The notes under the pieces are model-generated. The model worked only from the letters and a program-made list of their open reading frames with translations, made no database searches and was not told the DNA's origin. A DNA stretch of 64,000 bases from Harriotta raleighana (taxonomy: Eukaryota), in NCBI GenBank assembly GCA_050575255.1, contig JBNZDD010013586.1, forward strand, positions 525,083-589,082, in the 5' to 3' direction. This document shows positions 51,380-63,633 of the stretch, one piece after another; positions within the stretch are counted from its first letter, which is position 1, and every line of letters starts with the position of its first letter. The position numbers and the translations under genes were made by a program.

Positions 51380-51500
51380 CCGCAGAATATAAACGTGGAG
51401 TTAATTCACTGTAGACAAAACGTTTTGGAGATGAAACGTGGCGGCCAATTGCACACGGCAGTGTCCTACAAACAGCCATGGATTGAGTAACCCAATTTTT
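51380..51500 (-). mobile_element. SINE family A body fragment
   Basis: GAAACGTGGCGGCCAATTGCACACGGCAGTGTCCTACAAACAGCCATGGATTGA. Confidence 0.8.
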
Positions 51501-52049
51501 AAAAATATATAATAATCGTACTTTATAGATGTATATTTCAAGTTAAGTATATTGCAAATCACGCTTCTGTGACACTGGAATGAATGCAAATGGTTGATTC
51601 ACTAGCATAACTTTAACTTGAACTCTACCCTTAAACATGAAAGTAAATACCAAAAATATATCAATTTAATTTAAAAACATAAAGCTATGCTCACCGTGTC
51701 GATTTTCACTCCTAGTTCGTCCTTTCTTCTCTTAGTTCTTATATTGCTATTTTCCATTAAATTTACCCGTTTTCCACCCATTCCTCAATCTCTTTGCTAC
51801 CACCTTCCATTACGAAATGCTCGTTTGTTTTGACAAAATAAAACAAGAATGAAAATGAGGATTGATAAGATCACGTTATACATCTGAACAGTTCAATCAT
51901 CGTAATCAGTAAAAGTCAACCCACAAACAACAGCTGGGATTATCTGGGATTCCCTGTCAAATGAACCATTTGATTTGGAGTTGTTCCTCATTTAGATTGT
52001 CTTCAGTATTTGTAACATACAGATTTTTTTTTGTTTGAGGGTAGTTATC

Positions 52050-52380
52050 AGGGTAGCATCTCAGAGTGCTTAATAGTGGCGGAGGTTTTCAGGAAGTCTT
52101 GAAAAAGGGGAGAGAGGGGGTAAGGTGGAGTGACTGAAGGGGAGTGTTCCAGCGTTTCAGGGCTCAGTGACTATAAGTGTGACATCCGATGCTGGGCGGA
52201 GGGTGGAGGGGATGAGCAGGAGGCAGATGCCAGTCAAGTGGATGCACCGGCTGGCAGATTGGGGAGTGAGGAGGTCGGAGAGGTAGCAAAGTGCCAGAGA
52301 GTGAAGGGAATTGAACACGAGTGTGAGGATCTGGAAGTTGAACTGGAAGTTCAGTGATGGAGAGTCAGTGGAGACTGGCC
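52050..52380 (-). mobile_element. L2-clade LINE 3' end
   Basis: ORF track 52157..52393 gives FQILTLVFNSLHSLALCYLSDLL...LLLIP, matching the L2 motif FKILxLxFKxLHGLAPxYLSDLL; same terminal UTR as 21452-21810. Confidence 0.85.
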
Positions 52381-53088
52381 AGAAAAGTAACACTGAGACC
52401 AGTTATTTCCTGTCCTTAGGCCTTCAAACAAAATCAAAGTTGTGAATTTTGCTGAATCTCTGAAAGCTATGAATATGTACAATTATTAATGCTTGTATAA
52501 AGGTATATTAAAAGCAACAACAACTCAAAGCATTCTGGGACACTGCCCCGCATGAAGATAAATGTATATGATTGCAAGTTGTAAACGAAAATACTTGATG
52601 AGATGTTATAATTTGTGTATGTTTGTTATTGCATATGATACTCTGCCCCTTCCACACAGGAGTAGAATTCAACGTAGGTTATAGCAAGTATTGTTGTACA
52701 AATGTAATCCAAATTTAGCATTGCTTTAGGTCTTAACAAGAATAATCCACCATCTGAAATTAATAGAAAAATACAATATTTTGTATTGGAAAGGAGATTC
52801 ATCAACCAAAAAACAAGCAGTTTTAGGCTGGTTGGGGTGCAGAGTAGAGATGGGGCCCACCCAAACTGGTTAGATGTGATATCATGGCTACAAGCATTTA
52901 ATAGGTTTGCGTGCCTTCACTAGTTTTGCCATATCATGATGCAAATTCTCAAAACTACAAGTTTCAACCGCCCAGTTGTCAAACTTATAAGACATACCAT
53001 GTTTGCTTGTGAGTTTACAAATCTCAATCAGTGCTCCTTTCTTTTCTGTTCAGCATTGCTCTTCGCTGTGTGATTGTGCGTGCGTCTG

Positions 53089-53089
53089 A

Positions 53090-53126
<37 letters not shown>
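53089..53126. repeat. Compound (GT)n(AT)n microsatellite
   Basis: Direct reading. Confidence 0.95.
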
Positions 53127-53127
<1 letters not shown>

Positions 53128-54257
53128 TTGTGCATGTTTCCCCACCAGGAAACATTCAGCACCAGTTTGAAACATATCACTGATTTCAATAAGGTGGATT
53201 GCAAAGCTTTCACATCACACCACTTAACAAATTTTCCCAAAATTCATTTACGCAAAGGAATTAAAATTGTTGATTGCTGTTTGAAATCTGAACAATGTTT
53301 TAAATTGACCTGGGGGAAATTAATTGGAAAATTGCTGACTTGATTACTCACATTATATTTTTCTACTTTTCCTTTCAGTCATTCAAATGTGAGATGACGA
53401 TGATCAGTGTTAATGGAGGTGATCACCTCAAAACACAGCATAGAATCCAACATAATTGCTAACCCATTTGCTAATCACTTTGTTCACCACTGAGCAGCCC
53501 TTGGAGTGAGTGGGAAAGCAAACATTCCTTCAAAATTATTTCCAACAATAAATTATCCATTGCAATTGATGTAGCGCTTTTCAAGTCAAACCTATTCTTC
53601 TTTGCCACAGTGGAGATTGGCAAGTTATTTATGATGGGTCGTTGTTAATCCCTCTCTTCTGGCTTGCAACTGGCTCAAATTATTGCTTTTAGCAGTTGAT
53701 TTTTATCAGTAAAGAATTCTTTAAAACTCAGCCAAAAAGACTTTGGCTTGCTCACACTAGCTTGAAAAAGCTTTTGACTCGATTGCTCAAAAGCTACACT
53801 GCAAGGGACCTGGAAATTGATTTATTTTCATTTCATTCCTGTAAACTGATGAGTGCCCCAGACCTTTTTTGTGTTATTGTGCAAACTTCACATCTATCAA
53901 TTTTTCCAGAAACACCTTGACACAAAGTTCTAGTTTAGTTGTTCAAAAGAGTCATTTGCCTCTGGTTAAGATTCAGTTGGCTCTCACACCCATTGAACAC
54001 ACCTCAGAATGAAATAATGTACACAATTTATTGCTGCAGTCACACACTCTTCAGAATTTATTAATAGGTAAACTAAAGCACTCAATGAATTGTGACATAC
54101 ATTCCTGCTAAAATTTGTGATTACAACTACGTACTGTATATTGTTTTCCCAACATTCACACTCTGTTACAAAAATGTAATAGTTTATGAATAAACGTGCA
54201 TCATAGAAATTTCCTTCACTGTAGCTTGGAATTTCTTCCCAAGCCAAGGAGAGTAGA

Positions 54258-54389
54258 ATAAATGAATTTTAATCAATAGAATTATTATCTCTAACTAGTC
54301 TTGCAAAAACAATAACAACACTTNATAAATGAATTTTAATCAATAGAATTATTATCTCTAACTAGTCTTGCAAATACAATAACAACACT
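54258..54389. repeat. Direct duplication around N at 54324 (probable haplotype overlap)
   Basis: About 65 bp repeated with a small difference in the A-run after TTGC. Confidence 0.9.
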
Positions 54390-56376
54390 TGTTACGTCAT
54401 GAATGCCTATGTAGAATACAACCAGAAGTTAACAGCCAATGCAGGTCTAAACAACAGCTGTTTCAAACCAATTTCATTACAGTCACTAAAGTCACTACAC
54501 ATTTAGGGTATAACCTGTGAAGCACTTTGAGAAGTCCTTTAAAAATTGTTTTTATTATACATAAAGACATCACTCCAACTCTTGAGAACGCCCTACTTTG
54601 TGATCTACTTTGAGCAGGATTCCCACAAGTCAACCTGACATACTTCCAGTTACTCAGAGTCCTTGATTGAGGGAGCCCATTTGAAATCATTTGGTTTTGA
54701 TTCCTTTGGGTAGAGATTAATGTTGAACACTGTTTGTGAGTGAATGGGAAGGTACTGTATAACACACTAGGCTCTTAGATTTCAAGCTGCTGGTTTCACC
54801 CACTTGCCCAAGAGACGTCAAGTCCAAGCAAAGCTGGTGCTTTCCATGGTAAGGAGAAAAACTCACCATCTAATTGTCCCCAAATGACAGAGTTCTGAGA
54901 GCAAGTCGCTTACTTTATCATTGGGTGGGTGGGGGGAACAAACAAACAACTCACTTCAAGTCCACACTCCTCTCACAAATAAATGATATCAGATCCCTAA
55001 AGATATTAATTTTTTTTCAACTTAGGACGTAAAAGGTATTAAGAGTTCAGCCACGATTACCTTGAGGTAGGAATTCTAACTTTTACAATGACCTTTTATC
55101 ATACACTTGAATATATTGATAATGCCTAAAGCAAGGTTTTGGCATTGCACTCTCCTTATTTATAACATAATCTACAGTCACTGCGTTGTGGTTTTCATTG
55201 CCTCCATTGTTCTGGGGGGTTACTTTGACATATTTTTTTTACCTGTTATTGGGCACACACCAGTGTAGTAGGAGAATAATATCAAAGGAACCATTTGCTT
55301 CAGATGTGGGTAGTAAAAGGAATTCCGTACCCATTTTGTTCTGAAGGGCTTCTACACATTTGTTCAAAATTAAAGGTACTGCAGTAACTTCAAAGAGAAA
55401 CAGGTTACAGAAACCAGATTAAGGAAGAACGATCTGGGAATGTTTAATCCTCAAGTGGAGTGTATAGTCCCGGATTCTGCCTGTAAGTTCTATGATTTTG
55501 TTATATCCGATTTGATGATGACTTATTGTTTTCTAAAATCTCAAGACTGGCAACAGATCATCATTACAAGTCATCAATATCATTCATCCGTTTGTGCAAT
55601 CAATACATTGTTGTGATGGCAGAACCAATGAGCTAATTTGACATATGGTCCATCCAAGTCTGTCCAACACGAACACTGTTTCCACTGTGATGTAAATTAT
55701 CACACATCAGAAATATCAATAAACTCCATCCATTCCTTTGCAAAATGCACACTCATTACACTTGAGAGAAAATCCTGTGAAGTGCTTTGAAAGATCCTAC
55801 TGACGTGAAAAGTGCTTATCAAATGCAAGTTTTTTTTTAAAAAAAATGAATTAACACATTCTCCCACAATCTGGAATAACCAACACCAGGCATTTTTAAT
55901 GAATTTTGGCAAACAACATTTCTGTAAAAATGCATAATTTCTATCCCTTAGGATTATTTTGTGTTACATCTCCACAACAACTTTGTTTGTTTTTCAAAAT
56001 CCTTCTTATTTTGAAAATTCTTCACCTGCTCCTCATTTTCTTTTCTTTAAAAAAGCAATCTGGTCTTATTGCTACAAATAGTTGGAGGTTGGGAGCTAGT
56101 AATGTAGTTATAACGTTACGTATTTATCTGATATGAAATGGTCTTGCAAATAATAAAACAGCCTTTCATCTAGTTAATTATAAAGAGGAGCATATTTATT
56201 CCACTGTATGCAACATGGAAGCTGAAGAGCAATACTAGAGAAATAAATTACTTTCGGATTGCAGCCATTTGACAAATAATGAAAGGTGACAATTTTCATT
56301 TTTTACATTCTCTGCTCCAAACTGCTGAAGATTTAATCACAGCCAACAGGTAATTGTGGAAGAGGGAATAAAAGCC

Positions 56377-56377
<1 letters not shown>

Positions 56378-56408
<31 letters not shown>
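56378..56408. repeat. Compound (CT)n(AT)n microsatellite
   Basis: Direct reading. Confidence 0.95.
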
Positions 56409-56409
<1 letters not shown>

Positions 56410-56802
56410 AAATTATCTTTCTGGCAATTACTAGGAAACCAAGCTTTTAATAGTAAACAGCTCTGGTACATTGTATTAGTGGCCTTGAAAATTGGCCCTT
56501 GTTTATACTGCACTTCATTTGTTTTCTGTCTGGAGTAATAGTTAAATTACAAATATGAAAAAGATATCTTCACAGAAATGCAACTGTTTACTTTATGCAA
56601 TTCCAATAACACTTTCAAATATAAATACATTTGCAGTTATGTCTTATGTCCAAGGCAGGATGGTAATGCAACTTGGGAATGAAGTAATCGTGATCCATAA
56701 TGTTCTTTTGGATGGCCGTTACTGCTGTTGCCCGAGTCAGAATTCGGATGTTGATTCTGCCCTCTATTCATCTGTAAATGTGGTATTCTGTTGTTGTTGT
56801 TG

Positions 56803-56888
56803 TTGTATTCTGTGAAGCGCTTTGATAAGTCTCGCAGATGTGATAAGGTGCCATATCAAATGCAAGGATTATTATTATTGTTATTATT
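56803..56888 (+). mobile_element. SINE family A tail fragment
   Basis: GTATTCTGTGAAGCGCTTTGA...ATATCAAATGCAAGG(ATT)n. Confidence 0.8.
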
Positions 56889-57620
56889 AATGTAACCCAG
56901 GTTTGATCCCGATCTACAACGTTCACTTTTGACTATAATGCCTCACAAGGAATGTACTGTAGACATCGTATACCAGGAATAACAATTTCTAAAGCTTCCT
57001 GCACTGTTTGATCAAAATAGCACACCATTATGTTATTTTAAAGTCTTGCAGTAATTCCAAGAGTGCGGAGATCATTAATATAAATGATGAAAAAGTAGCG
57101 AGCCATGTATTAAACCCCGAGGGGCTCCTCCATCCACAAATATTGGTCTCCACAACAGCAATATCCAATTTCAGTTCTTGTTTGGGTTAAATCATATTGA
57201 AAACAACATTTATTTTTGATAAAGTGAGTTATTTCAAATTTCACACTGAGTGGAAAGACTTTCAATGCTCAAAGGCTTGGTCAAATCCCAGAAGACATGT
57301 AGACGAAAGGTTCCTTATCTAAACATTACTAACCCATGAAACCGATGGTTGATTTTAGATGACAGTGTTCTGTTGTCTATTGAAATATTTATGTGTCACC
57401 TAGGAACAGTAAAACCTCATTAAAACCATTTTGTACTGTTTGAGTAAGTCGTACTCCTGTATGTAGATTTCAGAAATACATTAGCATATTGTGGGGATAC
57501 GCAAACTTTCTACAAAGAAATGCAAGCTCCCATCTCCAACGTTTAACAGAAACTATTTTGGGTTGTCTTTGCAAGCCAACAAAAGCCTTCTCAAACAATT
57601 ATCGTCTTATATACACACGT

Positions 57621-57872
57621 AATAATAATAATATAATAATCCTTGCATTTTCACATCTTCTAGATGTTTCAAAGTGCCTCACAGAATATAGCTCACAGCA
57701 GTATCCCAAAAACAGTTGTGGATTGAAACAACCAATTTTGTTATTGTTTTATTTTGAGGGATTATTGTTAGGCATGTGGAGTAAGGAAACTTGCTCAAGA
57801 TTTCCCCCTGCCTGGATTCGAACACAGGTCTTATCTTGTAAAGTGAGCGCTCTAACCACTGAGCTACAGGAC
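57621..57872 (-). mobile_element. SINE family A with head and tail, internally deleted
   Basis: Minus-strand head GTCCTGTAGCTCAGTGGTTAGAGCGCTCACTTTACAAGATAAGACCTGTGTTCGAATCCAGGCAGGG; part of the body is missing. Confidence 0.9.
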
Positions 57873-58061
57873 TAAAATTCCCACGGTCAAGCAATGATGA
57901 GTTTTTGAAAACAAGTTCCATTTTCTTTATATAAACAAATTGTTTCCCACTGACAATAACTGAGCTTTGGCAGATCTGTGTCCCTAGTGTGTTTGTAGCA
58001 AAGGAAGTTTCCCTTTTACCTCATGCAATGTGTCAACTTCGATGCATCAGTTAATCTTTAC

Positions 58062-58125
58062 AGATCAGCCATGATCTTATGGAACGGCGGAACAGGCTTG
58101 AGGGGCTGAATGGCTTCCTCCTGAT
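58062..58125 (+). mobile_element. HER1 LINE / HE1 SINE type (CR1 clade) 3' tail
   Basis: GATCAGCCATGATCTTATGGAACGGCGGAACAGGCTTGAGGGGCTGAATGGCTTCCTCCTG closely resembles the 3' tail known from cartilaginous-fish HER1/HE1 (recalled consensus). Confidence 0.75.
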
Positions 58126-58127
58126 TT

Positions 58128-58885
58128 AAACGATTGTTTGTAGGACACGGCTGTACACAATTCGCTGCCGTGATTCGCCCACAAATATACAATTCACTTC
58201 ACAGTATATGCTGTGAAACGCTTTGAGACGCCTTGAAGATCAGGAGGTACAGGCAGTCCTCTAGTTACGACGTTCCGAGGTACGACAATTCGAAGTTACG
58301 ACGCTTAATATCAGTAAAATTACATCCGAGTTACATCCAAAGTCTTGAAGTCACGACACTACAACGTAAATACTTTAGTTGCCCCACGCGCGATAGAAAA
58401 CTGCAGTCGCCGCTCTCAACACCTACGGGAGCACGATACGCGTTCAGGACAGGAACAGGATGGAGGCGAGACGTGAGTGTGTACTGTACAGGTACTGTGT
58501 GAGTCTGTGAGCTCGGCGGTACAGTACTCTCCAGCCTTTAGACGCTGCGCTACGTCGCGTGTGATCTCCTGCGTTGCGCTACATCGCGTGTAATCTCCTG
58601 TGTTGCGCTATATCGCATGTCAAGCTCACAATGAAGCCAAGTAAGTAGGCTAGTAATAGCCTAGTAATATTTTATTTTATTTACAGTACTGTACATATTA
58701 GGAGGGGTGCAGGGGAGAGAGGGCAGCCCACTATACACTACAACCAATCACTGTATGTTACTGTAAGCATTATAGGGGGGTGACTCGACTTACATACAAA
58801 TTCGACTTACACCACATCTTAGGAACCTAACCCTGACGTAACTTGAGGACCGCCTGTATATCAAATGTAAACATTATTATTATCA
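58128..58885 (+). mobile_element. SINE family A 3' half, interrupted by the MITE at 58250-58856
   Basis: SINE body at 58128-58247 resumes after the MITE as TATCAAATGTAAACATTATTATTAT. Confidence 0.85.
58250..58856. mobile_element. Non-autonomous Tc1/mariner-superfamily DNA transposon (Tigger/pogo-like MITE), 607 bp
   Basis: Left end CAGGCAGTCCTCTAGTTACG and reverse-complemented right end CAGGCGGTCCTCAAGTTACG match at 18 of 20; TA at 58248-58249 and 58857-58858; subterminal TCGA(C/AG)TTAC repeats; flanks rejoin into a SINE tail. Confidence 0.9.
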
Positions 58886-59505
58886 TCAGCTTCCAGCATC
58901 CCAATAAGCACCCATCCCATTATTGGCAATGACATACTGAGACGGATAAAATCACCCACCCATTCACGCCTCTCCCACACCCCTCCCACAAAATCGAATG
59001 CAACGCTTGTGTAACTATGAGGTTCATCTGAATAAAAACTCCTAGCTTGAATAACAATCTAGTTATTGGCAATCTAACATTCTTCACCCAATGATAGCTT
59101 TGCTGTTGCTATTTACTGTACACATTGATGTAGACCTCATGGTCTCCCAAGGAAACAGTATTAGAGGGTGGGAAGAAGACACTAATTATAGAGCAAATCA
59201 CCACTAATAGTCCCAAACCTACACCCTTTCTCCAGAATGCAGAATCTCACTTATCCTCGCCCTTTGATTCATATACAGTGGCCTGGCAAAATCTGTTTTT
59301 CTAATAGACAAACTTTACTGAAATAGTAATACATGTAAGTGTTTTTCTTCAGATGTACCGACAAATGTAAAAGTTTTTTTTTTTAAAGTGTCTTTTTTGT
59401 ACAACAACAACAAAATTACATTTGTATAGCATTTTTCAAAGCATATCTTGCAACAAAAAAAGATTTTTTATTGCGTGAATGTTTGCTCTATGTTATTTAT
59501 CTTAC

Positions 59506-60081
59506 AAAAAGAATTGTAGAAACATAAAAACATTTGATGATATTGATTAAGGAATTTAGAATCGACTGACTGAAAGCATACCATTCCTCTCAATGTGACA
59601 CATGGAACAATGTACTTTTGCACCAAACTCACTCTAGAACACAGTATAACAGATCCCTATCAATCAATCAAAATCAAAATCAAAATTTTATTTATATAGC
59701 GCCTTTCACGTCGGGAGGACGTCCCAAAGCGCTGTACAGCCAAGTAGGGGGGGAGGGCTCAGGGAAAGGAGTAGGAAAAATTGACTGTATATTTGTGGGC
59801 GAAACGTGGCAGCCAAATTGCGCACAGCAGTGTCCCACAAACACACACAGAAATGGGGGGAAAAAAAGGGGGGATCCCTATGCTAGGAATCTCACAGAAT
59901 AGGNAAAAAGAATTGTAGAAACATAAAAACATTTGATAATATTGATTAAGGAATTTAGAATCGACTGACTGAAAGCATGCCATTCCTCTCAATGTGACAC
60001 ATGGAACAATGTACTTTTGCACCAAACTCACTCTAGAACACAGTATAACAGATCCCTATGCTAGGAATCTCACAGAATAGG
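59506..60081. repeat. Direct duplication around N at 59904: filled copy then empty copy
   Basis: The flanks of the 59661-59872 insertion recur uninterrupted at 59905-60081 with two substitutions. Confidence 0.92.
59661..59872 (-). mobile_element. Retroposon family B, 212 bp, 5'-truncated, with 9-bp target-site duplication
   Basis: GATCCCTAT at 59652-59660 and 59873-59881; (TTTTGA)n(TTGA)n tail on the minus strand; the empty site is visible at about 60051. Confidence 0.92.
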
Positions 60082-60629
60082 AAAAAAATTGATGCGTGCG
60101 ATTGGGTGGCCTGGGCTACAGAGAGGATTGGTTACCAAGAGCAGACAGATACCATTCTGATCCATAGATATTTCTGCCAATTAGAGAAAAATTAATAAAA
60201 ACTGATTTGTAACAAACGTTCTGCTACCTTAGCTGGGTGTCCCTCGACTTTTTTTTTAATCTCCTCTTGTGGGATTTCCCGTGTTACTTTCCACATAGAC
60301 ACCAATTAGAGAGGGTTTAATTAAACTTGGATTTCACGCTTGACAAATTGAAATCCTAGCAACAAGTCCAAGTACCAACTTCAGTCGTAACAGAAGGTTT
60401 GGCAAATGATTACAGTGATAAGCAGGGTTCTGAGCTAACTGAACAAAGGGGGATGAACAGAGTGAAACAGGGGCATGTGCATGGATGAGATTTAGACCTT
60501 TGCATTCCTTCCATTGTCTTTGAAATAGAGGATTAAGACAACGTTAATTGCAAGATGTCAACAGTTCCTCAAATGACAGCCCTGGGGGTGATTCCCTTCT
60601 TAAAGGGAAATGAATTATCACTTATCGCG

Positions 60630-60815
60630 AAATAGGAGGCTGTGGTGGAAGCAGAAAGTATGAGCACATTTAAGAGGAAACCTGATGCGTTCATAAAGCT
60701 GGAAAGGAATAGAGAGAGGGGTGTGGGAAAGGGTGAAGACTCACATGAAGAAGAAACATCAGCACAGACTAATCGGGCCAAACTGTTTGTTTCCATGATG
60801 TATTTCCATGCTGTA
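60630..60815 (+). mobile_element. CR1-clade LINE 3' end
   Basis: VVEAESMSTFKRK.DAF then 3' UTR AAACATCAGCACAGACTAATCGGGCCAAAC...TTTCCATGATGTA. Confidence 0.75.
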
Positions 60816-62310
60816 CTGTCTGTATAATCCCATAAAGGTGATTTTCCACACTTACCTCTCAACTGCCCACTTTACTTGTTGTATACCTTTTGATGCTCAC
60901 TCAATGGTTCAGCCTGAGAAGAATTTCTCCGGCAAACACATCAGGGTATCAGCTTCAGTGATAAATAATGAAAACAGCTCCTCACAACAAATATAAACCC
61001 TATGTTGATCCTAATTAGGATTTCATTTCCTGCCTGATTCGCTGCAAGGGTATTATATATTAAAATTTTGGCAGTATTTACAGTGGAAGCTAATAGATAT
61101 GGTAATATATTCGAATTTTAGAAGAAAAATATGTTGGTGGGAGTGTTTTATCCAAGAGAACATTTGGCATCAAAATGTAGTAAAAACTGGCCAGAGTTGC
61201 TTTAATAAAAAAAAATCCATAAATTTACTTCAGTAATATCTTAAAAGATAAATATTATCCTAAGACTAATTGAAAAAAAAAGACTGAAGTGTGAACCTGC
61301 GAGAAAAAACTGCAAAGACCTTTGCAAAGATGCTATTCTAAAAGTATATATTGTGGCTATTAGTGTTGAATTCATACATGGACATTGCATTGTTCATATT
61401 GTGATACAACCAGAATGGAACGGGAAAAGACACCTTCCCAAACCAATTTAGGTTACTAGGGAGACTAGCAGACTGAAGCCATAATTGCTAAAGCTCTAGC
61501 TACATCCCTCAAGTTAATCACTCAGGGGAAATCTAACCCAATTAAAAATAATGTACAACAAAAGCAAGAGTCCTTGAGGACAAATAGTGGAATTAAAGTG
61601 GCTGCGAATGCTGGAGTTACACAAGTCTAGAAGTGAGTGGAATAAGCAAAAGCAAACGGTGCAGTGTTTGGAAGCTATAAATCTCAATCACTGCGAGTTT
61701 CTGCATTTCCGAGAAGCAAAGGTGAACCAAAGCTCAAAGCTCTGATAGTAACAAAGAAACCTGAATTTCAATAGGTTTTTCGTTCCAATCGAGAATAATA
61801 CGAAATAATAAGTCATCAGTTCGTATCCATTGGCCTTCGTGCACCAAATTACTCTTTTATGACCCACTGAGGTCTCAAACGAAGGTAGACATCAGTCAAA
61901 GGAAGGAAGGAAACCAGAGATAGTTTCCCTGGTCAAATTTGCCTTTGGAGATCAACACATATTAATGCAGAATCCCCTCCACCCCATGTGAATAGAGTGG
62001 TGGATAGAATTCATAATAAGATACACTTCATACAGCCTGTGACTGAAGTTGGCTTGATGAAATAACGGCTATTTCTTATAAGATGCTTTCTTACATTGTG
62101 AACAATTTAAGGATGGTGTTTTGTTTGATCTTTGTCTACTTTACCCTCTGCTTGCAATCACTGACCCTGGGTGAAATAGTTACTGCAAAAGCCCATCAGT
62201 GGCATTTGAATGTTTAAACTTGATCAGAATTGTTAAGAGAGACAAACATTTAACCAAAATCAATTGCGGTATAAGTGGACGGAAAAACTGTTCTCATTTA
62301 ACGTTAACAA

Positions 62311-62610
62311 GTCCTGTAGCTCAGTGATTAGAGCACTCGCCTTACCCAGAGATCTGGGCTCAATTCCAGGCAGGGTGAAACCTTGGGGAAGCTTCCTTAC
62401 TCCACACATATGGTAATAATCCCTTGAAAAAAAATGAGTCATTTGAACGCACGACTGTTTGTGGGACACTGCTGTACGCAATTGGCTGTCGTGTTTTGCC
62501 CACAAATATACAGTCAATTCATTTTACTGTATGTTCTTTGAAGAGCTTTGAGACACCTGGAAGACATACAAAGCGCTATATCAAATGCAAGGAATATTAT
62601 TCTTATTATT
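62311..62610 (+). mobile_element. SINE family A, full length
   Basis: GTCCTGTAGCTCAGTGATTAGAGCACTCGCC head through AAAGCGCTATATCAAATGCAAGG tail. Confidence 0.92.
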
Positions 62611-63391
62611 GACTTTTCAGAGCGACTACCAAAGCATATATTTTTTCTTATATTACTCTTTTTGGAACCAATCTCTGAGAGAAGAATGCAATTTGGGAAC
62701 TGCTGAAAATAAAACAATAGCTTATCTTATTTTTATGTCAGAGGTTTCCCAGCACAATCCATCCATCAACGGGTAGATGTATCTGCATGGAACTAGCAGA
62801 ACATCTTGTTGCAATAAAGTAATAATATACTGATATTCCTGGTGATTTGCTGCAGGCTTAACCCAAATGAAAAACAATCAAAGGCTGTGAGAATGTGAAT
62901 GCCTCTTATGCAAATAATTGGGATGTTAAAAGCTTGTACATAACCATGCTTGCACATCAATGCATAAGAGGATATCGTTAACCGCAATTTATGACACCAA
63001 CCAAGCAGAGCTTTCACACATCGTACCCAAGTTCATAAAACGTTGGGTTTAAATTAATAATGCTGGGTTACAAGTGAATGAATCAGCATTCTGCTTAAAG
63101 CTTAAGATTCATCCCATTTTCTATTTATCGCATGTACCAGCATCTGAGGTGCAACGTTTCTGATAAAGCGTTAGTAAGAAGTGGAATCAGTGGATGAGTA
63201 CATCTCTTGTTACTCCTTTTATGATAGTAACATGCTCAGAGAATCTAGTGCAACTTACTTCCAATGAGACGTTCAGATACACTCACATCATAGACTCAAT
63301 TGAATTGCATTTTTTTAAAAGAGTATACAAGAAACCAGCGAACAGTTTGGCAGAACAGCAAATATATGAAAAGAACATAACATTTGGTCTA

Positions 63392-63633
63392 CAATTTCAA
63401 TCAGAAATTTACAGTTTGGATAAGGTGAAATACTGTAGCATTCATTATTTAACAAGTCTTATTTCTAGGCCTGTTATCCTTTGTGCATTATGATCCTGCA
63501 GAGTAGGTCAGTNCAATTTCAATCAGAAATTTACAGTTTGGATAAGGTGAAATACTGTAGCATCCATTATTTAACAAGTCTTAATTCTAGGCCTGTTATC
63601 CTTTGTGCATTATGATCCTGCAGAGTAGGTCAG
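63392..63633. repeat. Direct duplication around N at 63513 (probable haplotype overlap)
   Basis: About 120 bp repeated with two substitutions. Confidence 0.9.

Noticed and set aside
57489-57875. 128-aa ORF and other ORFs sharing peptides such as KYTVNS or [12 protein letters not shown]
   Set aside because: The shared peptides are translations of the same SINE, not a gene family.
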